From NCBI GenBank assembly GCA_050273025.1, contig CP158636.1, positions 11,284,001 to 11,348,000 on the forward strand: a DNA stretch of 64,000 nucleotides, read 5' to 3'. Below are positions 12,725 through 27,900 of this stretch, piece after piece; position 1 is the first letter of the stretch, and each line of letters starts with the position of its first letter. The notes below the pieces were generated by a model. That model had not been told where the DNA came from. It saw nothing but the letters and a program-made list of their open reading frames with translations, and ran no database searches. The stretch comes from Cenococcum geophilum. Lineage: Eukaryota. A program made the translations under genes and the position numbers.

Positions 12725-13010
12725 TGTAACGGGACTAGCCCAGTTATAGTAGAAATATCTTAATGAAATACTTAACAGATGAATTCCGACGTTTTAATTG
12801 AATTCTACTAAAGTCCGTCGAAGACCGCGTGCGTATATGTATAAGCATCGACCACCAAGCCCCTAACTATTTAATTATATAATTCTCTCGTTATTCCTTT
12901 CTCTTTTTTACACAACGTCTTATTCTTAGCGAGAGCTATATACCCTTAGATTTAGATAAAATTTATATTATTCCTTTAAATCTTCCTTAAAGTCTCTTCG
13001 CGCCCTTATA
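12725..13010 (+). repeat. Gypsy-A 5' LTR
   Basis: tgtaacgggac...cgcccttata; direct repeat of 50198-50483. Confidence 0.92.
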
Positions 13011-15568
13011 TTACGTTATATTAAAATAACTACTATTAAAATGGTAAACAAACTCGAACCCCGTACGTTAACTATAAGCATTATAGCCCTAATTAGGGAA
13101 TAGTTAACTATAATATAATAGTCCTTTATAGATACTTTAGCCTAATAGCAAGCGACATTAAAAACTTAGCACTAGTAATTAATAAAAGTAATCTATAAAG
13201 AACTCTATAACCTTAAAGCATTTATATTAAAGACCCTAATAATAATACTTATAAATAAAATTAAAATAATAGTATATAAACCTAGCCCGTTAAATATAAA
13301 CCCTAAACTAATAATAGTAGCTTAACCTATACCTATAACAGACTTAGTACCTCTTTTAAATTTAAAAAAGCTCCCTAATCCTCTAATATTTAATAGAAAT
13401 TAAAATAACCTACGCCCCTTTATAACTAAGCTCCGTCTTAAACTTTTAATAAATTATAACTAATACCCTATTAAAGCTAGTAAGATTAGCTATAGAATAT
13501 CTTATTTTAGTAAAAACGCTATATAAACTATAGACCTATTCTTCTATAATAGTACCTTTATTAATTTTAAAATCTTTATCTCTTTATTAGAATAAATATA
13601 TAATAACGCTAGCTGCGAATATATAGCTATTATTAAACTTAAAACCCTATAATAACAGAACCGAGACTTTACCAGCTTCTTTTTAGAATTTTTAGGCCTT
13701 ATTAGTAAACTAGATTAGAATAAAGCCGCTAGAGTTACTACTCTCCGTTAAGCTATTTTAAATAAAATTAAAGTATAGTTAAAAGGTAGAGAACTACTAA
13801 AGGACTTACCTAAATTTGCTATAATATGTTAACGAATTAATAAGGACCTTTAATATACTAAATAAACTTATTCCCTAAAGCTAACTATATCTTATATTTA
13901 AAACTTTATAAAACTAATATATACCTTAAAGCGCGATTTATCTCTAAAACTAAAAAGCCTTATATATAACCCTATAGACCTTAATACTACTTAATCTTAT
14001 ATACCCTTAAAAACTAATAAATAAAAAATATAAACCGCAAATAGAGAATGCTTTAGATGTAGTAAAAGGGGATATATTTAAAGAAATTACTAAACTTACC
14101 CTTTTAAAAAGGTCTAATATAGTTCCTTTTAGTCCTTAAATTACACTTATTCTATAAATTATACTTAATTACTATAAAGTATCTTACCTTTAGTTAATTT
14201 AGAAAATAAATTATTCTAGGGCTAAGTTACGCCTTAAAATAAAAAGTAAAAGAGTATAAGTATCTAGGCTCTTTTAGCGCTAATATATAATATAACTCCC
14301 TTAATATACTTAGTAAAATTTAAATACTTAGAAAATAGAAGGAAGTATAAATTCTTATAGATAGTAGAGTTACTAGTATAGGCTTTATTAATATATACTA
14401 CGCGAAAACTTAACGCTTAAATTTAAAGAAACTTAATAAGCCTTAAGGCCTATAAGGCTTTAATAGTAAGCCTTTAATATATAGCGAACTAATATATTAC
14501 GCTTTTATAAAGATATAAATAAGTAAATACCTTAAATATATTTCTCTATTTATAACACTCTTAAAGCATTATAAAGTAATACTTAAATATAGATAGCTAA
14601 AATAATATAACCCTTTAATTAACTAGGTTAAAGAAATACTAAAATTTCGTATAACCTACTACTAAAATTATTACTTAAAATACTACTTGCCCTATAAATA
14701 TATATATAACTATTTAAACTTAATATAATATAAATTGCCCTTATTATAAACCTTAAACTAATATAATAAAGTTATAGCTACTAATTGCGGTAAAAAATGC
14801 GAAGATAATATATTAAAACCCCTTAAAATTTATATAATATAAGCTGTACCCTTTTATTTATTAGCAAAAAAACAAGACTATAAGATCTTTACTATAATAC
14901 TACAAGATGTTAAAAAGGCGTTAAAACTAAAGTAATATATTAACCCCTAACCTTTTATACTTAAAGAATATTATAATCTAATTAATATATTTAAGAAATA
15001 ATTTATAGACTAACTACCCCTATATTAAGATAAGTACGATTTTAAAATAAAACTTAAATCTAGTATAATGCTAAAGTTTAGCCTGTTATACGGTATATTA
15101 TAAAAATAGCTGCTTATAATATAATAATACCTTAAAGAACACCTAAAGAAAGGATTTGTTTGCCCTAGTTAATTACTATTTAACTTATTTATACTATTTA
15201 TTAAGAAACCTAAAGGAGGCTTAAGGTTCTATATTAATTATTAAGCCCTAAATATAATTATAATTTAAAACTAATATCTAATTTCTCTGCTTTAAGAAAC
15301 GCTTAACTGCTTAGTAAAAGTATAATACTTTATATAACTTAATATAGTTACTACCTTTAATTAAATCTATATTTATAAAGGAGATAAGAAATATATAGCT
15401 TTCCGTATATAATAGGGACTTTTTAAATACCTAGTAGTGCTATTTAGTATAAAGAACGGTCCTAGTATATTTTAGTAATACGTTAATAATACACTTCGCG
15501 AATTCCTTAATATATTTATTACCGCGTATATTAATAATATCTTAATCTATTTATCTTTGCTTTCTAAG

Positions 15569-15989
15569 CGTTACAAACGCTTTAAGTACGATATTATAAC
15601 TACTTAGAGAAGAGTTAAAAGAAGCTAGTTAGTTAATATAAGTACGGTCTAGTATAAGTCCGGTAGAACTATATAACAAGGAATAGTAGTATAAGTCACA
15701 TAAGGTAATCTATATAATCTATATAATCTATAAAATCTATAACAGAGTAGATAGAGCATACGTATATTATATATAAGAAGGATTTTATAGGAGTACAGTT
15801 GTGTATTTAAGGACCTTAGTCCCTACCTAGATAGTTTCTTCCTTATAGTGATTCTTAGAATATAATTAGAGTTAATCTATTAGGCAACCACTCCACTAGT
15901 TATTATTATGTTATTAACTACTTATAATACCTATATACCTAGCCTATTAACAGAACCCATTATAGTACTTACTATAAGGTTCCGTTATA
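15569..15989 (+). repeat. Gypsy-C copy 2 5' LTR (421 bp)
   Basis: Matches 31049-31125 + 32069-32412, and in reverse 21560-21984 and 29070-29494. Confidence 0.9.
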
Positions 15990-16029
15990 TAATTACTACC
16001 ATAGTTACGGTTTTAAGAAGTTAAATAAT

Positions 16030-19020
16030 ATGCCACTAAAAGCAGCCACTATAACGCCATTGACGGCGGCAACTACTTTAAGGTTAGGAGGTGATACCAG
16101 TATAGCAGATACTGACTTATAATAACCTATAACGGTTAAATAGCTATAAGAGATAGTTAACTAGTTAATAGAGAACAATGTAATACTTAAATAAAGGATT
16201 AATGGGATAGGGGCAGTAAAGATTAAGTTACCTGTAATTAAGAGATTTTTAGGAGAAAGGTCGAAACTTAAAGGATTTCTTATATAAATGCACTTTAAGG
16301 TTACGTAAAAAGGAGTAAAACTGCTAATACCTATGGATCGAATAGCTTATGCAGGACTATTCCTATTAAGAAAAGTACTTAAATGGTTTAAGCCTTACCT
16401 TATAGAAATATAGGTAAATGGAATAATAACTACTAACTAAGAGGTGCGGTTTATATTCTTAAGTTAGAAAGGATTTATAGAGCGACTTATATAAATATTT
16501 GGAGACCTAGAGGTAGAAACTATAGCGGAAAGAAAACTCTAAGACATTACGTAATAAACTTTAGCAATTAAGTATATAATATAGTTCTAAACGCTAGCTA
16601 TATAAATTAAGTAGAATAATAAGGCGCTTATAGCACAGTATAAATAGGGACTTAAGGCTAAAGTCTAGGACGTAATTATTCTAATAGAAGATACGGATAC
16701 CCTAAGGGATTTAATAGATTAGGTAATAAAGATTAATAATTAGATCTACTAAAGGGAGTAGGCTAAGTAAGGCTAGAATAGAGTTCTATAGTTATATAAG
16801 GCGTAGAGTATATAACAACTAAAGCTAAGTTAAAAACTATAGTATGGCGCAGAGCTAATAGATCTAAGTAGTACTAAAGAAACCTATAAGAGATGGAGTA
16901 AGAATCTAGTAATTATAGGACTAAAGAGCATAGGCTAAACTAGGGATCTTAGTAGTAGAAGATGTTTAGGCGGACTCTATAGTAAAGTTAGTAGTTTAGA
17001 GATAGAGCTTATATAAATTGCGGAAAACAAGGTTATTTCGCAAGGGATTGTAAAAATAGTTAGAGTTACTATATAATAAAGGGAACTAGACTAGCAGAAG
17101 ACATATATATATAGAGGGATAATAGTATACTATAAGGAACAAAGGAATGTTTAATTAGAAGTTTTATATTTTGTTATAATAATACATGCCGAATTTATAA
17201 AGACGCTAAGTATAGTGTAAGCTATTAGCTATAGGAGCTAAACCCTATAAAGTATAGAGAAACTAATAAACTATTACGCAGATCGGATATTAAAGACAAT
17301 AAGTTTAATATAGGCGAAACATTTATAGATAATAAGGTAATAAAGGTAGCTTACTAGGAGTATGTAAACCTCGGAGAAGTTATATTAAAAGTAGAGACTA
17401 GGACCGCTATAGAGTAAGGTTTAGTAACGGGTATAATAATACCGTTAGATACGGCATCTATTACTTCGCGAGACAGAAGGAGTAATATTTAAAAGGGATT
17501 AAGTAAGCAGACGACTGCTAGTGCTAGCTTACTACTTAATAAAGGTAAAAGGCTAAAGGCTTAAGATTTTTAAGACGAGATAAGAGATAACTAAGATTCT
17601 TAAGACAAGATAAGGTATACTTAAGGACCTATAATAAACAAAAACTAATAGAGTAGGGTAGTAGCTTAGTTTAAAGATATATAAATAAGCTTAGGATAAA
17701 AGTTTTCTATAGTATAAGATTCTTAAGACAAGATAAGTAAGATTTAAGACTTTTAAGATAAGATAAGAACACTATAGACGCCTAGTTAGACCAAGGCGGA
17801 AGCTAAGCTTAAGTTAAAAGTAAGCTTAGGATTAAAGGATCTAAGGAATTAAAGATTTAGAGTATAAATAAGGGCACCTATAAATAAGAGGTAAGAGGCT
17901 TCTTTATAGATTAGAGATTCTATAATATAAATAGTAGTTAAACTAGGAGATAAGTATATAGACCTAGAAGACTTACTAGGGGAATATAGTATTTAGCCTA
18001 AAGATTAAAAAGTTAATAATAAGATTAAGAAGTAAGAAGACTTTAAGGATCTACTTATAAGGCGTAAAAAGAAAGAAACTATAGCAGAATTTAGAGCGAG
18101 AATTGCTGTATAGTAAGAGTAGAAACTAGATAAGAGATCTAATATACTAGGTTATATAAGGGACAGAGTACTAGTATAAAGAATTACTAATAGGCTAAAA
18201 ACGGGTATACTAAGAGCTAAGTAGCTTACCAAACTAGAAGAAGAAAAGAATTTAGGGATTTTAACTAGGTTTAAGGAATAATATATAAAGGGCTGTTATA
18301 ACGTAGTAATAAGGAAATACTTCCTTACGGACGAGCCGTATATACTTAAAGGGTTATACTAAAAGTAGTATAGACAATAACACAACAATAAGTGGAAAGA
18401 TTTCTATATATAGTTGGATGAAAAAGTTATCTAAGACTACCCGATTATAAAAAAGGCTATAACTTATATTAAAGAAGCCTTAATTATAATATTAAAAGAT
18501 CTAGAGGAGTAATTAGAGGACTAGAGAAGCGAAAGGCGAATTTTAGTACCTGCGAACGAAGTTATAACGCTTAGATTAATATAAAAAAGGTTTAAACTTA
18601 AGGATAAAGATAAGCCGAGAGTTAACCTAAGACACCAAGTATATTATATACTATTGTGGATAGTATACATAGATAATATATATAATATGCATAGAGCACC
18701 TAAGGATAAAAATCGTAAGTATCTAATAAGGATATATTGGATAATAGATAAGGCGAAATATTAAAACGCTAGATATATGTATAGTTAGCACTTAGTAGAA
18801 GTTTAAAAATAGGGAGACTTAATACTTTAACCAGGAAGATTCCTTACGGAAAAATGCCTAGATGGACGACAATAGTAGGAATGTCTAGAAAACACCTATT
18901 TATAGTATATTAAAGATAAAAAGCAAACTAAGTATTAGCTTAAGTTAGACTAAGTATAAATAGGATTAAGTAGCTAATAGTTAGGAAAAGTAGAGGCCTA
19001 TAGGACCAAAGGGAGCTAGT
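16030..19020 (+). pseudogene. Gypsy-C long gag (RIPed), CCHC knuckle plus Cys/His-rich extension
   Basis: ATG 16030 (MPLKAAT...); de-RIPed C.NCGKQGHFARDC ~17010-17052, FCYDDTCRIH ~17170, W..C.DD.C.MH ~18657, ECLDGRQWWEC.ENTC.WH ~18850. End approximate. Confidence 0.7.
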
Positions 19021-21559
19021 AGTAGAGCCTTAAACCCTTAAAGGAATTTAAGGTTAACACCTAAATTTATAAGTAAAATAGCAAGATTAATAGTTTAAGG
19101 TATTAATAGATAGTGGAGTAATAAGGAACTATATCTTACTAGTAGTAGTTAAAAGAATGGGATTACCATATAGGAAAAAGGAATGTTTTTACCTATTAAT
19201 AATAATTTTAGGAGATCCGATAGCCTATAGAGGAGGTATTATTAATCTTAAAATAGAACCTATTTAGTTAACTATTAAAGGAAGATAAGTTAAGATGTCT
19301 TTTAATATATTACCATTAGGGAATAATAAGGTAGTATTAGAAATGCCTTAGTTATAGGAATACAATCTAAAGATTAATTAGGTTATAGGTTAGGTTAATA
19401 TTAGGGATACTTAACGCCATAAGATATAATAATAAGCTAAGTTGGTATAGTACTAAGTAAAAGTAACCCATAAGGAAATAGAAAAGGGGTTAAGCTATAT
19501 ACTAAAGAGATACTATAAGTATGGTAAGAAACTATAGTTACCGGAAAGTAAAAAGCTGTTAAAGTATATAGTATAGGACTATAAGATAGAATTAGAACCA
19601 GGAATAAGTCTAAGGTTTTTTTTAATCTATAAGCTTACTAAAGAAGAAGATAAAGCACTAAAGGAGTTTATCTAAGAGAACTTATAAAAGGGATATATTA
19701 GACTATTATAATTATTAGCGGGTTATCCAGTACTATTTATACTAAAGAAGAATAGTAAACTAAGGCTGTGTATTAACTATAGACAGTTAAATAGCATTAC
19801 TAGAAAGGATAGGTATTCTTTACCCTTAATTAGCGAAATCTAAGATAGGATAGGTAATGTATAAATCTTTATAAAGATAGATCTAAGATAGGCGTACTAT
19901 TAGATTAGAATTAAGAAAGGCGATAAATGGAAGGCAGCCTTTAGGTTAAAGGAAGGACTATATAAACTATTAGTTATATAATTCGGGCTTATAAACGTAC
20001 TAGTAACGTTTTAAAAGCGAATTAATAATATATTAGGAGAATACTTAGATAAATTTGTTATAGTATATCTTGATAATATTATTATCTACTTAATAACTAA
20101 GGAAGAATATAGAGAACACGTTAAATAGGTCTTAAAGAGACTATAAGAGGAATAAATGCTAGTAGTAATTAAGAAATGCCAGTTCTTTACTAGGAAGACT
20201 AATTTTATAGGATTTATTATTAAATTAAGCTAACTTAGTATGGATCTAAGAAAGATTAAGGCTATAGTAAATTAGTAAGAACTAAAGAACGTTACGCAGT
20301 TAAGAATATTCTTAGGGTTTTGCAATTACTATAGAAGGTTTATAGCGTAATAGTTAAAGGATATTAAACTATTTACGCGGTTAATAAAGAAAGAAGAACT
20401 ATAGTTATAGGGGAAGGAATAATAAGAACTATTTAAGGAAGTTAAAAGGTTATTTATTTAAGAACTAGTTCTTAAAATTTATTAACTAGGACTAGAGACA
20501 GTTATAGAGATAGATATATTAGACTTTATACTAGGGGTATACTTTATATAAAAGCATCTAGATAGATAGCACCTAGTAGTATACTATAGTTAGAAGGTAA
20601 TACTACTAAAATTAAACTATAATATCTATAATAAGGAGTTATTAGGTATAGTTATAGTACTAAAGAAATAGAGAGTATTCTTATAAGGTATAGAGAAACT
20701 ATTTATAGTTAAAACGGATTATAAGAACTTAATAGGATTCCTAATAATAAAGGAACTTAACTAAAGATAGGTTAGATAGGCAGAGATGCTTATAGAATAC
20801 TATTTTAAGATTTAGTATATTAAGGGTACTAATAACACGCAAGCCAATGTATTAAGTTAAAAAGCTAAACTATAAAACGATAAAAAGCCATTAGGGGCTT
20901 TAATGTAAAAAGATATAGACGGATTAATTAGGTATAATTATCCGAAAATTATAGTAACTTAAGAGGATAAGTTAAAAAGAGTCTATAAGATACTAAAAAG
21001 CTTTTAGGCGTAGAAAATTTTAAAAGCATAGCTAGAAGATCTATAAATAGATATATATAAAAACCGAGAAGTAAAGTATATCCTAAGAAGTATAGTAGAA
21101 AACTTTATAGAGGATTTTTATAAGGAACTAACTTAAGGATATAACGGAGCTATGGGCTTAGTATTAAGACTCTAAGAGGAGTATATTATTAATAGAATCT
21201 AAAGAATAGCTAGGAAGGTTACTAAAGAATATTTAGATTACTAAAGGAATAAACTAATAAGGTATAAGCTATACAGAGGGCTATAACCTATTAAAATACT
21301 AGAGAGACTATAGGAGGTTATATTATAGGACTTTATTATTAAATTGCTAAAATTAAGAGATTTTATTATAGGGTAAGATTATAACGCGATCTTAGTAATA
21401 GTAAATAAGCTTATAAAGTAGGGATACTTTATAGCATATACAGAAGAAATCTTAATAGAAGATATCGCTAGAATCTATATTAAAGAAGTATTTATAAGAT
21501 ATAGAGTACTAAGTAAGATTATATTGGATAGAGATTTAAGATTTATAGCAGTATTTTAA

Positions 21560-21984
21560 TGTAACGGAACCTTGTAGCAAGAACTACGATGGGCTCGTTA
21601 TTGGGCTAGGTGTGTAGGAAATGCAAGTATAAAAGTCAACAACGTAATAATAACTGGTGGAGTAGTTGCCTAACAGATTAACTCTAATTATATTCTAAGA
21701 ATCACTACAAGGAAGGAACTATCTAGGTAGGGATTAAGGGTCCTTAAATACACAACCGTACTCCTATAAAAGTCGTTACTCTATCTACTCTATCTGCTCT
21801 ATTTACTCTATAATAGATCTTATAAACTATATAGATTATACAGATTATATTACGTGACTCTGCTTACTATTCCTCGTTATATAGTTCCACGGGTTCCATT
21901 CTAGACTATACTTATACTAACTAACAAGCTTCTTCTATCTCTTCTCTAAGTAGTTATAACATCGTACTTAAAGCGTTCATAACA
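21560..21984 (-). repeat. Gypsy-C copy 3 3' LTR
   Basis: tgtaacggaac...cataaca; direct repeat of 29070-29494. Confidence 0.95.
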
Positions 21985-24900
21985 CCATCTCCCTCCTCTT
22001 TATCTTCGTCCTTAAAGATACCTAGTATCTCTAGGTCGTTTACTAGAGGTATAATATCCGTCTAATTAATTTAGTTAATATCGTTACTTATAATACCTAA
22101 AGCATCTTCTCTTTCTTCTACAGCTCGCCGGTCTCGTACCGTTGCTGCAATATTATCTCTTAGTAAGATTATACCGTCTCCGTATTCTTATTATTTAAAA
22201 GAGGGATTAGCCTGCGTTGCGTTAGTAAGTCCTCTATCTTAGCAACTATCCTCTTATTTAGAGTGTACTAAGGCAAACGTTTAATTATCTTATAATGTCC
22301 GCTTTATTTCTAACGCTAAGTATACGCATCCTATAACTTTTAGTAATCTTTAAGTTCCTTAAGTAATTTATCATAGGGTCTTATATTTAATTTAAGGCAG
22401 AAAGACTTAAGGGTAACCTTGCCGCAGCGCTAGCAGAAGCCTATCGTCGATCCGAAGAATCTGCTTATGCCCTTAAGGCTTAGCAGTCTACCTTTACAAA
22501 AGTTCAACGCCTTTAACGTGTTTGTAAGAAGGTTCGTTTTAAGGAGTAGAAACTTATAAAACAAGGTTTATAGGAACTAGGTAATAAAAAAACAGATTCT
22601 CCTCCAATAGAGAAAAAAACAGATCCGAGTAGTTCGGCAACTGCTCTTCTTAGGTCCCCCTTAAGTAACTTATTCTTTGGCGATTCTTCTTTATTAATAC
22701 TACCTAACCTAATTTCTTCCGATACTCCTATACCTTTTCTATAGCATTTTTTATATTCTCTAGTGGCTCCTAGGTAGTCTTAGTATAGCCTATTTACTTA
22801 ACCTCGTACCATATTTCGTCGTTAATGTCCTTATAATTAACGATCTTTAAAACTTACCATTTATCTTCTTCTTATCCTTTATACGTATCTACCTTATAGC
22901 CCAGTGGCTTAATATTCCTATATACTGGCTCTAGCATTATAATATGCTGTACAGGGTAGATCTTTATTTTAGCTGGTAGGTTTAACTTAAATATAACCGG
23001 TGAAATCCTTTATATAATTTTAAAAGGTCCTAGTCTAACGTAGTCTAATTTCTTACTTAGTTGTTAACTTTTAAAATTTTTATATAGTAGCTACACTTTA
23101 TCTCCCTCCTTAAGATCTAGTCCCTTAGATCTTTTAGCATTATAGTACCTTTTCATTCTCTACTATACTACCTTAGCTATCTCTATAAGGTCTACATAAA
23201 GATCCATTAAATCCTTCATTCTTTCTTTAGCTGTACTACTCGTTTTCTTTACTTACTGTAGTAACAACGATATTCTTAGCTTATATCCATAGTTTGCCTT
23301 AAATAGTAATATGCCTATTCCTTCTTAGGGTATTATATTATATACAAATTGTATAACTAGTAATAGCAATACCCAATTATTCTATGCATAATTAATATAA
23401 TGCCTTAGATACTGTTCTAGTGTCTAGTTTAGTCTTTCCGTTTAACCGTCTATCTATAAATAATATGCGGTAGAAGTTACTGCTTAAACTCCTTACTCCG
23501 CTAAGAATACTTCCCAGAATACTACTATAAATCTTAGATCTCTATCCAATATAATCTTACTTAGTACTCCATATCTTATAAATACTTCTTTAACATAGAT
23601 TCTAGCGACATCCTCCGCTGAGATTTCTTCTATATATACTATAAAGTATCCCCACTTTATAAGCTTATCCACTATTACTAAGATCGCGTTATAATCTTAT
23701 CCGGTAATAGGATCTTTTAATTTTAGCAACTTAATAATAAAGTCCTATAATATAACCTCCCATGGTCTCTTTAGTATTTTAATAGGTTGTAGCCCTCCAT
23801 ATAGCTTATACCTTATTAGTTTATTCCTTTAGCAATCTAGACACTCTTTAGTGACCCTTCTAGCTATCCTTTAGATTCTATTAATAATATACTCCTCCTA
23901 GAGTTTTAACACTAATCCTGTAGCTCCATTATATCCTTAAGTTAGCCCCTTATAGAAGTCCTCCATAAACTACTCTACTATGCTTTTTAGGATATACTTT
24001 ACTTCTTAATTTTCGTATATATCCATCTATAGATCTTCTAGCTGTGCTTTTAGAATTCTTTATGCCCAAAAGCTTTCTAATATCTCGTAGACTTTCTCTA
24101 ATTTATTGTCTTCTTAAGTTGCTATAATTTTCGGATAATTATACCTAATCAATCCGTCTATATCTTTTCGCAATAAAGCCCCTAATAGCTTTCCCTCATT
24201 TTATAGTTCAGCTTTACAGCTTAGAGTATCTGCCCGTGTATTATCTGTACCTTTAGTATACTAAATCTCGAAATAGTATTCTATAAGCATCTCTACCCAT
24301 CTAACCTGTCTTCGGTTAAGTTCCTTTATCATTAGGAATCCTATTAGGTTCTTATAATCCGTTTTTCTATGCCTTATAAAAATACTCTTTATTCCTTTAA
24401 TGCTATAACTATACCTAACAACTCCTTATTGTAGATATCATAGTTTAACTCTAGTGGTGTCATCTTCCGACTATAGTATGCTACTAGATGCCATCCATCT
24501 TAATGCCTTTATATAAAGCATACTCCTAGTATATAGTCTAATGCGTCTATTTTTATAACCGTCTCTAGTTCTAGTTAATAGATCTTAAGAACTAGCTCCT
24601 AGGTAAATAACTCTTTAACTTTTTTAAAGAGTTCTCTTTGCTCCTTTCCCTATACCTATAGTTCTTCTTTCTTTATTAACCGCGTAAATGGTTTAATATC
24701 CTTTAACTACTATACTATAAACCTTCTACAGTAATTGCAAAATCCTAGGAACGATCTTAACTATGTGACGTTCTCTAGTTCCTACCAATTTACTATAGCC
24801 TTAATCTTCTTTAGATCTATACTAAGTTGGCCTAGTTTAATAATAAATCTAATAAAATCGGTCTTCCTAGTAAAGAACTTGTATTTCTTAATTACTACTA

Positions 24901-27900
24901 GCATTTATTCTTCTTATAGTCTCTTTAAGACCTATTCAACATATTCTCCATATTCTTCCTTAGTTATTAAGTAGATAATAATATCGTTAAGATATACCAT
25001 AACAAATTCATCTAAGTATTCTTCTAATACATTATTAATACGCTTCTAGAACGTTGTTAGTACGTTTATAAATCCAAATTGTATAACTAATAGCTTATAT
25101 AGTCCTTCCTTTAACCTAAAGGCTGCCTTTTATTCGTCGCCTTCCTTAATCCTAATTTAATAGTACGCCCATCTTAGATCTATCTTCATAAAGATTTGCG
25201 TATTACCTATCCTATCTTAGATTTCGCTAATTAAGGGTAAAGGATACCTATCCTTCCTAGTAATGCTATTTAACTATCTATAGTTAATATACAGCCTTAG
25301 TTTACTATTTTTCTTTAGTACAAACAGTACTAGATAACCCGCTAATAACTGCAATAGTCTAATATATCCTTTTCGTAGATTTTCCTAAATAAACTCTTTT
25401 AACACTCTACCTTCTTCTTTGGTAAGCTTATAGATTAAAAAGAACTTTAGACTTATTCCTAGTTTTAACTCTATCTTATAGTCCCACGCTATATATTCTA
25501 ACAGCTTTTTACTTTTTAGTAACCATAGTTTTTTGCCATACTTATAGTATCTCTTTAGTATATAACTTAGTCCTTTTTCTGTTTCTTTATAGGTTGCTCC
25601 TACTTAGTACTATACTAACTTGGCTTATTATCGCATTTTACAGCGTCAAGTATCTCTAATATTAACCTAACCTATAATCTAATCAATCCTTGGATTGTAT
25701 TCCTATAACTAAGGTATACCTAATACTACCTTATCCCGTCCCAATAGTAGGATATTAAAAGATATCTTAATTTATCTTCCTTTAATAGTTATCTAAATAG
25801 GTCCTATTTTAAGATTAATAATCCCTCCTCTATAGGTTATTAGATCCCCTAAAATCGTAACTAATAGGTAAAATTACTCCTTTTATCTATAAAATAGTCC
25901 CATTCTCTTAACTACTACTAGTGAGATATAGTTTCGCGTTACTCTACTATCTATTAGCGCTTTAAACTGCTAATCCTGCCAATTAATTTATAAATTTAGG
26001 TATTATCCTTAAATTCCCTTAAGGGTCTAAGGCTTTACCACTAGCTCCCTCTGGTCCCGTAGGCCTCTACTTTTCCTAACTATTAGCTGCTTAATCCTAG
26101 TACACTTGGCTCGCTCTTTGGCTAATACCTAGTTCGCTTTTTATCTTCAATATGCCATAGATATGTATTTTTTAGGCATTCCCACCACTGTTATTCGTTT
26201 AAGCATTCTTCCGTAAGGAATCTTCCTAATTAAAGTACTAAACTTCCTTCCTCTTAAACCTCTACTAGATGCTATCTGTGTATATATTTAGCATTCCTAT
26301 ACTATTACTTATCTATTATCTAGTATATCCTTACAGGGTATTTCCAATTCTTTTCTTTTAGATTCTTATACATTTTACATATATTGTCTATATACGCAAT
26401 CCATAATAATATATAGTGTGCTAGGTACTTTAGGTTAACTCTTAGCTCATCTTTATCCCTAAGTTTAATCCTTTATTATGCTAATCTAAACATTATAACT
26501 TTATTTACAGGTACTAAAATGCGCCTCTTACTTCTCTAGTCCTCTAAACATTCCTCTAGATCCTTTAATATTATAATTAAGGCTCCTTTAATATACGTTA
26601 TAGCCTTTTCCGTAATTGGGTAGTCCTAGATAACTTTTTTATCCAACTATATATAGAAATCTTCCTACTTATCATTGTGTCTTTACCTATACTACCTTTA
26701 ATATAGCTACTAGAGTATATACGGTCTATCCATAAGGAAGTATCTTCTTATTACTATATTATAATAGCCCTTTATATATTATTCTTTAAACCTAGTTAGA
26801 ATCTTTAGATCCTCTTCATTTTCCAGTTTAGTAAGCTACTTAGCTCTTAGTGTGCCTGCTCTTAGCCTATTAATAATTCTTTATACTAGTGCTCTGTCCT
26901 TTATACGTCCTAATATGCTAGATCTCTTATCTAGTTTCTATTCTTACCATACAATAATTCTTTGCCTAAACTCTTCTATAGTTTCTTTTAGTTTACACCT
27001 TACGCTCTAATCCTTAAAATTATCTTACTTCTTAATCTTGGTATTAAACTTTTAATTTTTAGGCTAAACACTGCGTTCCCCTAGTAAGTCTTCTAGGTCT
27101 ATATATCTGTCTCCCAGTCTAGCTACTATTTATATTGCAGATTCTCTAATCTATAAAGAAGCTCCTTGCCTCTTACCTATAGGTGTCCTCATTTATATCC
27201 CGAAATCTTGGTCCCTTAAATTCTTTAATCCTAAGCTTACTTCTAACTTAAGCTTAGTTCCCGCCTTAGTCCAACTAGGCGTCCGTAGTGTTCTTATCTT
27301 ATCTTAAGATTCTTAAATCTCACCCATCTCGTCTTAAGAGTCTTATGCCTACGGGAAACTCTATCCTAAGCTTATTCGTATGTTTCTAAACTAAGCTACC
27401 GCCCTACTCCATCGGTTTTCGTCTATTGTAGGTCCTTAGGTATACCTTATCTCGCCTTAAGAATCTTAGTCGTCTTTCATCTCGTCCTAAGAATTTTAAG
27501 CCTTTAGCCTTTTGCCTTTATCGAGTGCCAAAGTGGTTCGCTATTTTACTTCTCTTACGTCTTATAAAGTAATAGACATCGTGTCTAGTGGGGTTTCAAT
27601 CCCTACTAATGTTCCCTATTCTGTAGTAGAATTATCCTCTACCTCTAGTATAACATCTCCAAGGTCTGCTCGCTCCTAGTAAGCGGCCCTTATTGCCTTA
27701 TCGTTATAGAATGTTTTGTTTAGGTCGAATTCATTATCCTTAATATCCAATCTACGAACTAGTTTATTAGTTCCTCTATATCCTATAGGTACTGGCTCTT
27801 ATAGCTAATAGCTTACGCCATACTTAGCGTCCTTATAAATTTAGTATGTATTGTTATAACAAAACGCAAAACTTCTAATTAAATATTCCTTTATTCCTCG

